Assembly (NCBI GenBank): GCA_016708565.1
Contig: JADJFN010000001.1
Span: 540,863 to 604,862, forward strand
Direction of reading: 5' to 3'
Source: Myxococcales bacterium
GTDB lineage: Bacteria > Myxococcota_A > Polyangia > Haliangiales > Haliangiaceae
DNA length: 64,000 nucleotides
Below, in pieces: positions 8,435 to 24,914 of this stretch. The notes beneath the pieces are model-generated. The model was not told the DNA's origin. It ran no database searches and was given only the letters and a program-made list of their open reading frames with translations. Position 1 is the stretch's first letter. Every line of letters begins with the position of its first letter. A program made the translations under genes and the position numbers.

Positions 8435-11382
8435 GCCGGCTCGCGGTGGTGGCGCTGGCCGCGTTCGCGCTCGCCGGCTGCGACGTCAACCCCTACAACC
8501 TCGGCGGCGGCGGCAACCGCGACGCCGGCCTCGACGCCAGCGGCGACGGCGGCGGCATCGACGGCGCCGTCGGCGACGACGCCAGCATCGACGCGCCGAT
8601 CGACGGCGCCAGCTGCGTGCCGCGCACCGAGGTGTGCAACAACGCCGACGACGACTGCGACACCGTCGTCGACAACGGCTTCAACCTGCAGGCCGATCCC
8701 AACAACTGCGGGGTGTGCGGCCGGCAGTGCACGTACCCGCACGCGTTCGGCACCTGCGACATGGGCACCTGCACGCCCGGCGCGTGCCAGCCGGGCTGGA
8801 ACGACACCGACGCGACGATGGCCGGCTGCGAGTACTTCTGCATCCCGACCAACGGCGGCGTCGAGGTCTGCGACGACCGCGACAACGACTGCGATACCCG
8901 GATGGACGAGGACTTCAACCTCGCCACCGACGAGAACAACTGCGGCCGGTGCGGCAACGTCTGCAACCTGCTCCACGCCAGCGCCGACTGCCAGGCCGGC
9001 GTGTGCGAGGTGGCGATGTGCGACCCGGGGTTCGTCGACGTCGACGCCGCGGTCCCGGGCTGCGAGTACCAGTGCACGCCCAGCGGCGGCGGCGTCGAGA
9101 CCTGCGACGGCGTCGACAACGACTGCGACGGCGCGGTCGACGACGGCAACCCCGGCGGCGGCGCCAGCTGCGGCACCGACACCGGCGTGTGCATGGCCGG
9201 CACGACCCAGTGCCAGAACGGCGTGCTGTTCTGCGTCGGCGCGACCAGCGGCGGCGCCGAGTCGTGCAACAACCTCGACGACGACTGCGACGGCGCGATC
9301 GACGACGGCTACGACAAGCAGAACGATCCGCTGCACTGCGGCGGCTGCTCGCCGTGCAGCCTGCCGCACGCGGTCGAGGGCTGCGCGCTCGGTGCCTGCA
9401 CCGTCGCGTCGTGCGACTTCGGCTTCGTCAACCTCAACGGCAGCCCCGCCGACGGCTGCGAGTATGGCTGCATCAACACCGGCACCGAGCGCTGCGACAC
9501 GACCGACAACAACTGCAACGGCACGGTCGACGAGGGCTTCAACACCGCCACCGATGCCGCCAACTGCGGCAGCTGTGGCCACGCCTGCGCGTTCGCCAAC
9601 GCCGGCGCGCTGTGCGCCGCGTCGACGTGCGTGATGGGCGCGTGCAACCCCAACTTCTACGACGTCAACGGCAACCCCGCCGACGGCTGCGAGTACGGCT
9701 GCGTGCCCACCAACGGCGGCGTCGAGGCCTGCGACGGCGTCGACAACGATTGCGACGGCCTGATCGACGACGGCAACCCCGGCGGCGGCGTCACGTGCGG
9801 CGTCAACACCGGCGAGTGCACCGCGGGCACCACCACCTGCGCGTTCGGCGCGATCGACTGCGTCGGCGACGTCGGCGCGGCCGCCGAGACCTGCAACAAC
9901 CTCGACGACGACTGCAACGGCACCGTCGACAACGGCTTCGACAAGCTCAACGACCCGCGCTACTGCGCCAACTGCGCCGGCTGCAACCTGCCGCACGCGG
10001 TGGCCGGCTGCAGCGCCGGCGGCTGCACGGTCGCCGGCTGCCTGGGCGGGTTCGTCAACCTCGACGGCCTCGCCGCCAACGGCTGCGAGTACGGCTGCAC
10101 GTTCTCGGGCCAGGAGGTGTGCGACGGCGTCGACAACGACTGCGATGGCCTGGTCGACAACGCCGACCCGACGCTGATCCGCCCGGCCAACTTCTGCAAG
10201 ACCGCCGGCGAGTGCGCCGGCACCACCCCGACCTGCACCGGCGCCACCGGCTGGGACTGCGTCTACACGGACCCCGACGTCGAGACCGTCGGCGGCGATC
10301 CGGCGCTCGAGGAGACGCGCTGCGACGGCAAGGACAACGACTGCGACGGCGGCGCCGACGAGGTCTACCCGCTCAAGGGCAGCGCCTGCGGCGAGGACGG
10401 CACGTTCGGTACCACCCGCCGGCTGGGCGCGTGCCGGGGCACCGGCGCGCTGGTGTGCAACGCCGCCCAGACCGGCCTGCGCTGCAACGTCACGACCGCT
10501 GGCGCCGCGGCGGCCAACGAGACCTGCAACAACCGGGACGACGACTGCGACGGCCACACCGACGAGCCGTACGACTCGGGTGGCTTCAACGGCGTGCGCG
10601 ACGTGACCGTCGGCCCGCTGACGGTCAACGGCGCGAGCGTGGTGATGTACCGCTACGAGGCCAGCCGGCCCGACGCCACCGCCGCCGCGCCCGGCATCGT
10701 CGGCAGCCGCGCGTGCTCGGTCGCCAACCGCGTGCCGTGGGCGACCGCCAACTTCGCCACCGTGCAGGCGGCGTGCGCCGCGGCCGGCATGCGCCTGTGC
10801 CGGGTGACGCGCAACGGCAGCGGCGTCGTGACCAGCGACGAGTGGGGCCGGTTCTGCGAGGGCGCGGCCAACCGCCTCTACCCCTACGGCAACAGCTACG
10901 TCGCCGCGACCTGCAACGGCAGCGACTACGACCCGGTGGCCGGCGGGGTCAACGAGGATCAGGCGGTCGCCACCGGCGCGCTCGCGGGCTGTCAGTCGCA
11001 GGACCTGGCCAACGACATGTCCGGCAACCTGAAGGAGTGGGTCAACGATCCGCGCGTGGTGTCCGGCCAGACCGTCCACACGCTGCGCGGCGGGTCGTTC
11101 GACAACTACGCGAGCGGCATGACCTGCGACTTCGACCTGACCGTCGTGCCGACCGCCTACTCCTTCGCCAACGCCGGCTTCCGCTGCTGCGCGCTGTCGT
11201 GCGCGGCGGGCCAGGTCGAGTGCAGCGGCACCTGCGTCAACACCGCCAGCAGCAACACCAACTGCGGCGCGTGCGGCGTGACCTGCGGCGGCGGCCAGGC
11301 GTGCTCGAACGGCTACTGCTGCCCGACCGGCACCCGGGCCTGCGGCGACGTCTGCGTCGCCAACGCCACGCCGTGCCCGTGA
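8431..11382 (+). CDS. Giant lipoprotein: lipobox LAGC, alternating MopE-type repeats and a 55-aa 8-Cys module (ending GCEYxC), and a C-terminal FGE-sulfatase (formylglycine-generating-enzyme family) domain
   Basis: GTG start overlaps the stop of the upstream gene. About 10 repeats of CxxxDNDCDG. Five repeats of NCGxCGxxC...GCEYxC. The C-terminal region RACSVANRVPWATANFATVQAACAAAGMRLC...WGRFCEGAANRLYPYGN...LKEWVND...LRGGSF resembles the FGE/SUMF1 family. Confidence 0.8.
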   Translation: MSRLAVVALAAFALAGCDVNPYNLGGGGNRDAGLDASGDGGGIDGAVGDDASIDAPIDGASCVPRTEVCNNADDDCDTVVDNGFNLQADPNNCGVCGRQCTYPHAFGTCDMGTCTPGACQPGWNDTDATMAGCEYFCIPTNGGVEVCDDRDNDCDTRMDEDFNLATDENNCGRCGNVCNLLHASADCQAGVCEVAMCDPGFVDVDAAVPGCEYQCTPSGGGVETCDGVDNDCDGAVDDGNPGGGASCGTDTGVCMAGTTQCQNGVLFCVGATSGGAESCNNLDDDCDGAIDDGYDKQNDPLHCGGCSPCSLPHAVEGCALGACTVASCDFGFVNLNGSPADGCEYGCINTGTERCDTTDNNCNGTVDEGFNTATDAANCGSCGHACAFANAGALCAASTCVMGACNPNFYDVNGNPADGCEYGCVPTNGGVEACDGVDNDCDGLIDDGNPGGGVTCGVNTGECTAGTTTCAFGAIDCVGDVGAAAETCNNLDDDCNGTVDNGFDKLNDPRYCANCAGCNLPHAVAGCSAGGCTVAGCLGGFVNLDGLAANGCEYGCTFSGQEVCDGVDNDCDGLVDNADPTLIRPANFCKTAGECAGTTPTCTGATGWDCVYTDPDVETVGGDPALEETRCDGKDNDCDGGADEVYPLKGSACGEDGTFGTTRRLGACRGTGALVCNAAQTGLRCNVTTAGAAAANETCNNRDDDCDGHTDEPYDSGGFNGVRDVTVGPLTVNGASVVMYRYEASRPDATAAAPGIVGSRACSVANRVPWATANFATVQAACAAAGMRLCRVTRNGSGVVTSDEWGRFCEGAANRLYPYGNSYVAATCNGSDYDPVAGGVNEDQAVATGALAGCQSQDLANDMSGNLKEWVNDPRVVSGQTVHTLRGGSFDNYASGMTCDFDLTVVPTAYSFANAGFRCCALSCAAGQVECSGTCVNTASSNTNCGACGVTCGGGQACSNGYCCPTGTRACGDVCVANATPCP

Positions 11383-11530
11383 CCACGTGAGCGCGTCGCT
11401 CGCGGCGCGGCGTTGCGCGCGGGCGATCGGTCCAGCCATCGACCCGTCGTGTGCGTAGCGGCTTGCGCACGCGGTGCGAGGTTACGCACGCGATCCTGCG
11501 AAACGATGCAGATCTCGGAGGTGATTCCGC

Positions 11531-11755
11531 ATGGTTGTCGCTGGCACACGAGGTGCTGAGGCTGGCTCCAGCATGAAGAGCCACAGTGCTGCGGAGCGTC
11601 AGAAGGCGGTGCGGATCCTGGCCAAGTCGCTGTACCGCGATCTCACGGCGCAGGGCTTCGACGAGAAGCAGATCGTCTCGCTCGCGACCGAGCTGATCAG
11701 CGAGGTCACGCACAAGATGGCCACTGACGGCGGTCGCGCGGTCCACGCGCCCTGA
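11531..11755 (+). CDS. Small hypothetical protein (74 aa) with strong RBS
   Basis: GGAGGTG 7 nt upstream of ATG. Low-complexity-free helical sequence AERQKAVRILAKSLYRDLTAQGFDEKQIVSLATELISEV. No recognised family. Confidence 0.4.
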   Translation: MVVAGTRGAEAGSSMKSHSAAERQKAVRILAKSLYRDLTAQGFDEKQIVSLATELISEVTHKMATDGGRAVHAP

Positions 11756-11935
11756 GCGCGAGGGCGCAGCGCTGTCGACAAACGCAACGCCGGCGCGACG
11801 CGCCGTCGCTGATCGCAACCGCCGCGGCCCCATCGGGGGCCGCAGGTGTTTTCGGCGGGCCACCCTTCGCCGCGCGGGGTCGACAGCGGCGGCCCCAGGC
11901 GTTAGGGTGCGCGCGACTTCACCCCGGAGACTTCC

Positions 11936-12940
<1,005 letters not shown>

Positions 12941-12943
12941 CTC

Positions 12944-13105
12944 CTTGGAGGGCCTGTCGCCAGGCCCTCCCCCGCCGGGGGCACGCCCCGGCGGGGCCCC
13001 CCACCCAAGACGCGAGACAGCGCTTGGAGGGCCTGTCGCCAGGCCCTCCCCCGCCGGGGGCACGCCCCGGCGGGGCCCCCACCCAAGACGCGAGACAAGA
13101 GAGAT
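12944..13105. repeat. Tandem (2 x ~78 bp) REP-like palindromic element between gap and pgk: hairpins GAGGGCCTGTCGCCAGGCCCTC and CCGCCGGGGGCACGCCCCGGCGG, and the tail CCCCCACCCAAGACGCGAGACA
   Basis: Two near-identical units visible in sequence. Shares architecture and a conserved tail with the element at 3031..3130. Confidence 0.85.
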
Positions 13106-13109
13106 CGCC

Positions 13110-14309
<1,200 letters not shown>

Positions 14310-14358
14310 GCGGGCGCCAGCCGCGCGCGCCGGGCCGGTTGTCGATACAATTTGGTCC

Positions 14359-17211
<2,853 letters not shown>

Positions 17212-17305
17212 GCCCGGGCTCGTCCTGGGCGCACGCCCGACGCGGGTCACGCGGTGTCGGCGCCGGGGTGACGCCGCCCGCGGCCTGGGGGTAGAGTCGC
17301 GGCCG

Positions 17306-18064
17306 ATGCGCACCCCGTTCGTCGTTGGCAACTGGAAGCTGCACAAGCACGTCGGCGATGCCCTGGCCCTGGTGACCGAGCTGAAGAACCAGCTGGCCGC
17401 GGTCAAGGGCGTCGCCGTCGGCGTGGCCCCGCCGTTCACGGCGCTGTACCCCGTGGCCAAGCGCCTCGAGGACTCGCCGATCGCGGTGGCGTCGCAGGAC
17501 TGCTACTGGGAGGAGAAGGGCGCGTTCACCGGCGAGGTCGCGCCCGGCATGCTCAAGGACGTCGGCTGCACCTGGGCCATCATCGGTCACAGCGAGCGCC
17601 GGCAGTTCTTCGGCGAGACCGATGACACCGTCGCCAAGAAGACCCGCGCCGCGCTGGCCGCGGGCCTGGGCGCGATCGTGTGCGTCGGCGAGACGCTGGC
17701 CCAGCGCGACGCCGGCACCACCACCGCGGTGGTCGAGACCCACCTGGGCGCGCTGCGCGGCCTGGGCGTCGACGTGGCCGAGCGGCTGGTGATCGCCTAC
17801 GAGCCGGTGTGGGCGATCGGCACCGGGCGGACCGCGACCCCGGGGCAGGCGCAGGAGGTCCACGCGTTCATCCGCGGCTGGCTGGCCAAGGAGCTCGGCG
17901 CGGCGATGGCGGCGGCGGTGCGCATCCAGTACGGCGGCTCGGTCAAGGCCGACAACGCCGCCGAGCTGATGCGCCAGCCCGACATCGACGGCGCGCTGGT
18001 CGGCGGCGCCTCGCTGCAGGCCGCCGACTTCGTCGCGATCTGCAAGGCCGCGCGCCCGAGCTAG
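17306..18064 (+). CDS. tpiA: Triosephosphate isomerase
   Basis: VVGNWKLHK and AIIGHSERR active-site motifs. 252 aa. Confidence 0.95.
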   Translation: MRTPFVVGNWKLHKHVGDALALVTELKNQLAAVKGVAVGVAPPFTALYPVAKRLEDSPIAVASQDCYWEEKGAFTGEVAPGMLKDVGCTWAIIGHSERRQFFGETDDTVAKKTRAALAAGLGAIVCVGETLAQRDAGTTTAVVETHLGALRGLGVDVAERLVIAYEPVWAIGTGRTATPGQAQEVHAFIRGWLAKELGAAMAAAVRIQYGGSVKADNAAELMRQPDIDGALVGGASLQAADFVAICKAARPS

Positions 18065-18071
18065 CGCGCCG

Positions 18072-19138
18072 TCACGCCGACGCGGCGGGGCTGCCCGCGC
18101 GCACCAGCGCGTCGCCGACCCGCGCCGTCAGCACCTTGAGATCGAACGGCTTGCGCAGGAACTCGCGCTCGAGCACCCCCAGCCGCGCCAGCGCGTCGTC
18201 GGTGTAGCCGGACATGAAGATCACCGCGAGGTCGGGGTTGCCCTGGCGCAGCTCGTCGACCAGCGTCGGTCCGTTGGGGCCCGGCAGGATGACGTCCGAC
18301 AGGATCAGCCGCAGCCGACCGCCGAGCTGGCTGGCCTGCGCGCGCGCCTCGTCGGCGTCGGCCGCGAGCGCGACCTCGTAGCCGGCCCCGGTCAGCACCC
18401 GCCGGATCACGTTGCGCAGCGCCGCCTCGTCCTCGATGACCAGCACCGCGCCATGCCCGCGCGGCGCCCGGGCCGCCGGCCGCAGCAGCTCGTCGGCGCT
18501 GGCGGCGGCGTGGGTCGGCAGGTAGATCCGGAACCGCGCGCCGCGCCCGGGCTCGCTGTCGACGGTGATCGCGCCGCCGCTCTGCCGGACGATGCCGTAG
18601 ACCATCGACAGGCCGAGCCCGGTGCCCTTGCCGACGCCCTTGGTGGTGAAGAACGGCTCGAACACCCGCGCCCGCACCGCCTCGTCCATGCCGACGCCGG
18701 TGTCGGCCACGCTCAGCTCGAGGTACGTGCCGGGTGACAGCTCGAGCGCGTGGGCGGTCGGCGCGTCGAGCTCGACCGCGCGGGTGGCGATCGTGACCCG
18801 GCCACCGTCGGGCATCGCGTCGCGCGCGTTGACCACCAGGTTCATGATGACCTGCTCGACCTGGCCGCGGTCGATCAGCGTCTGGGCGCTGGGGTGGTCG
18901 CGCTCGATGACCAGCTTGACGTCCTCGCCGATCAGCCGCTGCAGCATGCGGGCGATGCCGGTGACCAGCTCGTACAGGTCGCACGGCTCGGGCGACAGCA
19001 CCTGCTTGCGGCTGAAGGCCAGGAGCTGCCGGGTCAGGCCCTCGGCGCGCCGCGCCGCCGCCTGCACCTCCTTGAGGTCGGCGCTGAGCGGATCCTCCTG
19101 GTGCAGATCGGCGATGGCCAGGTCGGTGTACGACATGA

Positions 19139-19142
<4 letters not shown>
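18072..19142 (-). CDS. C-terminal portion of a hybrid sensor histidine kinase (HisKA H-box, HATPase_c, C-terminal receiver). The open frame extends upstream of the annotated start through AHDFNNLLSV into the poly-G tract.
   Basis: Reverse-strand frame reads ...PALAGVAHDFNNLLSVIMSYTDLAIADL (classic H-box), then the N/G1/G2 boxes (NLVVNARDAM, DTGVGM, GKGTGLGLS), then a REC domain (VLVIEDE...LILSDVILPG...KPF). Confidence 0.8.
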
Positions 19143-21070
<1,928 letters not shown>

Positions 21071-21155
21071 GCTCGCGGTCCGTGGTCGGGCGCCGCGCGG
21101 TGATGCGCAAGCGCTGCGAAGTGAGATGCAGGATATGCGCGGTCTGCGTCGTCCA

Positions 21156-22400
21156 TCACGCCGCGGCGGCGTCGATCGTCCGGATCAGGTCGGCGCGCCA
21201 CGCGGCGGCCTCGCGGGCCCGGGGCATCGCGGCGAAGCCGATCATGACGCGCTGGAACTCGACCCGCTCGCTCCACGGACCGAAGTCGATCGCGCCGGGG
21301 CCGGGTTGGAGCTTGGCCGCGTGGGCCGCGGACCACAGCTGCGGGCCGTTGTAGTAGTAGGCCGGCAGCGCCGGCGTCAGCGGGGTGACGCGCGCGGCGT
21401 GGTCGCGGGCGAAGCGCTCGCACCAGCCGCGGATCGCGGCGCTGACCGCGCGGCCGCGGGTGCGCGCGCTCTGATGCCAGCGCGCCAGGTGCGGCGGCGC
21501 GCCGTCGACGAGGGGCTGGGTGGTCGGCTGGTCGCGCCGCGCGCCGTTGCCGGGCGCGAGGTCGAAGCCGTGGTGCACCGCCAGCCGGAACTCCCAGCCC
21601 GGCCCGGCGCCGGCCAGGTCGTCAGCGGTCACGCCCGGCGGCAGCATCAGGTAGACATCGTCGTTGGCGTGGACCCCGGCGATCGGCTCGGCGAACGTCG
21701 GGCCGGTACCGATCAGCCCGCCGGCGCGCGCGAGGTCGACGAAGTCACCGATCGGTCCGCGCGTCGTCGTCGCCGGCGTGGCCAGCGCCAGCGCCGGGTC
21801 GGGCTGGAAGTAGATCGTGTGGTCGAACGCGGCGGTGGCGGGCAGGTCGTCGCCGTGGACGTGGGTGGTGGGCACGTACAGCGCGGTCGGATCGCGGCGC
21901 GGGAACGTCAGCGCGATCGGGTGGACGCGCTCGCGGCGGACGCTGGCGAGCTGCACGACGGCGTACGACCAGCCGTCGCGCCCGCGGGTGACCGCGGCCC
22001 GCGCCGCGGCCGACAGCCGGAACTGCGGATCGAGCCGATCGAGATCGGCCGCGGTCGGCGCGAACGACGCGACGAAGGCGCCGACCTTGTGGACGACCAG
22101 GGTGGCCGGCGGCGGCGCCGCCCCACGCCCGACCCCTTGCGGTGCGAAGCCGAGCGACAGCTCCAGCGCCGGGAACGCCCGGTCGAGGTCGTCGAACAGC
22201 GACGGATAGCGGGCCAGCGACACGAACGTCACCGCGTCCTCACCGCCGCCCGCCGGCGTCGGCAGCGGCAACACCATCGCGGTCGGCGCGGTCAACTCGA
22301 CCTCCATCGCGTAGATCAGCGCCTGCCGCCCGTCGGCGCGATCGCCGACGAAGATCCGCGTCGCCCCGACGTGGCGCACGCCGCGCGAGAAGATGCACAT
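21156..22400 (-). CDS. Hypothetical protein (~415 aa)
   Basis: Long ORF with ordinary amino-acid composition downstream of the membrane hydrolase. The N-terminal extension in the six-frame track looks non-coding. No family recognised. Confidence 0.4.
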   Translation of the reverse strand: MCIFSRGVRHVGATRIFVGDRADGRQALIYAMEVELTAPTAMVLPLPTPAGGGEDAVTFVSLARYPSLFDDLDRAFPALELSLGFAPQGVGRGAAPPPATLVVHKVGAFVASFAPTAADLDRLDPQFRLSAAARAAVTRGRDGWSYAVVQLASVRRERVHPIALTFPRRDPTALYVPTTHVHGDDLPATAAFDHTIYFQPDPALALATPATTTRGPIGDFVDLARAGGLIGTGPTFAEPIAGVHANDDVYLMLPPGVTADDLAGAGPGWEFRLAVHHGFDLAPGNGARRDQPTTQPLVDGAPPHLARWHQSARTRGRAVSAAIRGWCERFARDHAARVTPLTPALPAYYYNGPQLWSAAHAAKLQPGPGAIDFGPWSERVEFQRVMIGFAAMPRAREAAAWRADLIRTIDAAAA

Positions 22401-22414
22401 GCGGCGAGGGTAGC

Positions 22415-23065
22415 TCAGCGCGCCGGACGCTGACGGTCGATCGCGATCGACGCGCCGACCACGACCACGAGCAGGCCGGCGACGGTGATCAGCAGCGCGT
22501 CGATCGACGACGGGGGCGGGCCGACGGTGGCGCTGACGAAGCCGCCGACCAAGAGCAGCGCGAGGATCGGCCAGCCCCAGCGGCCGACCGGCCCGGTCGC
22601 GCGGGTGGACCGCGTGTAGAGCGCGGCGCCGATCGCGAACATGCCGAGCTCGACCGCGAGCGTGCCTGGCACCGAGCGCCACAGGCCCAGGCCGTAGCGC
22701 GCGCTGCCGGGCCATAGCGGCATGTCGTGCTCGTGGGCGATCCAGTCGAGCAGCCAGTGGCCGACCACCAGCGCGGCGCCGACCACCGCGCCGCGGCGAT
22801 CGCGGGTGATGGCGAGGTAGCCCAGCGCGAACAGCAGCGCCCAGCCGAGCGCGAACACCAGGCTGTGCGAGTACGGCATGTGCTCGAGCACCAGCGGCGA
22901 CGCGGCCAGGTGGCCGCGCTCGAGGTGCGCGTGCTCGACGCCGGTGGCGACGAACACCGGCCACGCCAGGTCGAGCACCTGCGGCGCGATCAGCAGCGCC
23001 GGCAGCGACGCGCGCGGCGCCAGCGGCTTGGCCGCGAGGCCGGTGGCGAAGTGGCCGAGGAACAT
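22415..23065 (-). CDS. Membrane-bound metal-dependent hydrolase (YdjM/DUF457-like)
   Basis: Polytopic membrane protein with multiple His motifs (HFATGL, HAHLERGH, HEHDMPLWPG). Probable start MFLGHF. Confidence 0.55.
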   Translation of the reverse strand: MFLGHFATGLAAKPLAPRASLPALLIAPQVLDLAWPVFVATGVEHAHLERGHLAASPLVLEHMPYSHSLVFALGWALLFALGYLAITRDRRGAVVGAALVVGHWLLDWIAHEHDMPLWPGSARYGLGLWRSVPGTLAVELGMFAIGAALYTRSTRATGPVGRWGWPILALLLVGGFVSATVGPPPSSIDALLITVAGLLVVVVGASIAIDRQRPAR

Positions 23066-23103
23066 GCGGCCGACGGTACACGACCGCGCGACCGCCCCGT
23101 AGG

Positions 23104-24110
23104 ATGCCGACCATGGCAACCGCACCTTCGACTGACTGGCGTGAGCAGATCGGCCCCGACGAGGCCGCCCGCCACGCCGCGCAGGCCGAGGGCCTGACCG
23201 CGCTGCAGGCCGCGCGCGCCGCCAAGCATGGCGCGGGCCGCGCGCTGCACCGCAAGGGCGTGCTCGGCCTCGCCGCGTCGCTGACCGTCAAGGACGGCCT
23301 GCCGGCGCACGCGCGCCACGGGCTGTTCGCGGCGCCCGCGACGTACGCGGCGTGGGTGCGGCTGTCCAACGGCGGCCCCGACGTGAAGGCCGATCGCCAC
23401 CCCGACGTCCGCGGCTTCGCGGTGCGGGTCAACGGCGTCAGCGGCGACGCGGCGCTCGGCGGCGCCGCGACCCACCAGGACTTCGCGCTGATCAACGCGT
23501 CGAATTTCGGCTTCGCCGACAGCGCGCGGTTCCTCGGCCTGGTGCAGGCCGCGGCCAAGGGGCCGCTGGCGCTGGTCGGCTGGGCCTACCGCAGCTACGG
23601 CCTGGGCAAGATGTTCGGCGAGCTCAAGCGCCTGAAGGCGTCGGTCGAGCGGCGCTTCGACGGCTACGCCGCCCACGCGTTCCACAGCGCGGCGCCGATC
23701 GCCTGCGGCCCGTACGCGGTCCGGGTGCGGCTGACCCCCGACGCGCCGGTGTCGCACGCCGACGCCAAGGGCGAGTACGGCGCGGCGATGGCCCGGACCG
23801 TCGCCGCCGGTCCGCTGACCTACACGCTCGCCTTGCAGTTCTTCGTCGACGAGACCACCACGCCGATCGAGGACGCGTCGCGCGACTGGCCCGAGGACGT
23901 CGCGCCGTTCGTCGACGTCGCGACGCTGACGATCGCGCAGCAAGACGTGGCCGCGCCCGACGGCCAGGCGCTGGCCAAGCGCGTCGAGGCGACCGTCTTC
24001 GACCCGTGGCAAGCGCTGGCGGCGCACCGCCCCCTCGGCGAGGTGATGCGGTCGCGCAAGGTCGTCTGGAGCTGGCGACGAAGTTCCACAGCATGTAGCG
24101 CGGGCCGTCG
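23104..24110 (+). CDS. Catalase-related haem protein (small catalase-family protein). 3' end uncertain because the frame reads through without a stop.
   Basis: RALHRKGVLGLAASLTV resembles the catalase RxxHAKGxGAxGxF haem-pocket motif. The C-terminal ..HRPLGEVMRSRKVVW resembles the end of catalase-related proteins. Confidence 0.55.
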
Positions 24111-24847
24111 AGCGGCGCGCCGCCGAACAGCGCGACCCGGGTCGACGCGCGCGCGTGGAGCGTCGCCGGCGCGTCAGGCGCCAGCACCGCGAGCTCGTGG
24201 GGCAGGAGCGGCGCGGCCTCGCCATCGATCGCCAGCGCGCCGTCGACGACGTACACCGCGCGCTCGGGCTGGAACGCCGGCACGTCGAGCGTCGCGCCGG
24301 CGGCCAGTTCGGCGATCACGTAGGTCAGCGGCGACCACACCCGCACCGGCGACGCGACGCCGGCCCACGCGCCCAGGAGCACCCGCAGCCGCGCGCCCGG
24401 GAGGTCGATCGCCGGCAGGCTGGCGGCCGGTGCGTGCTGGAACGACGGCGGATCGTCCTCGTGGGCCAGCGGCAGCGCGACCCAGGTCTGCAGGCCGTGC
24501 GAGATCGCCGCGACGCCGACCCGATCGGCCGGCGTGCGCTCGCTGTGGACGATGCCGCGCCCGGCGGTCATCCAGTTGACGTCGCCCGGCACGATCCGCT
24601 GCGCGGTGCCGAGGCTGTCGTGGTGCAGGATCGCGCCGTCGAACAGGTAGGTCACCGTCGCCAGCCCGATGTGCGGGTGCGGCGCGACCCCGCCGTCGGC
24701 GCGGCCGACGTCCTGGTGCGGGCCGAAGTGATCGAGGAAGCAGAACGGCCCGACGAACCGCCGCTCGCGCCGCGGCAGCGCCCGGGCCACCGGCAGCGCG
24801 TCGGCCATCGCCGGCTTCGCGGTCAGGCGCAGCTCGATGGGGCTCAT
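23990..24847 (-). CDS. Pirin-family protein (bicupin). 3' end uncertain, convergent with the catalase-like gene.
   Basis: N-terminal cupin motif FCFLDHFGP...PHPHIGLATVTYLFDG and C-terminal ..GPRYMLWNFVASS, typical of pirins. Confidence 0.65.
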
Positions 24848-24914
24848 CGCCGGGCTCCGGGTGACGACGCGCGCGCGTGCATGCCCAAGCCTGGCACAGG
24901 TCGCGCGCGCCGGG

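Noticed and set aside
4238-11439. Multiple 1000+ aa six-frame ORFs on both strands (4238..7933 -, 4264..7770 +, 7723..11439 -, 7774/8340..11390 +) overlapping the Cys-repeat genes
   Set aside because: Arg/Ala/Gly/Pro-dominated translations typical of off-frame or antisense reading of high-GC coding DNA. The sense-frame proteins have clear domain signatures.
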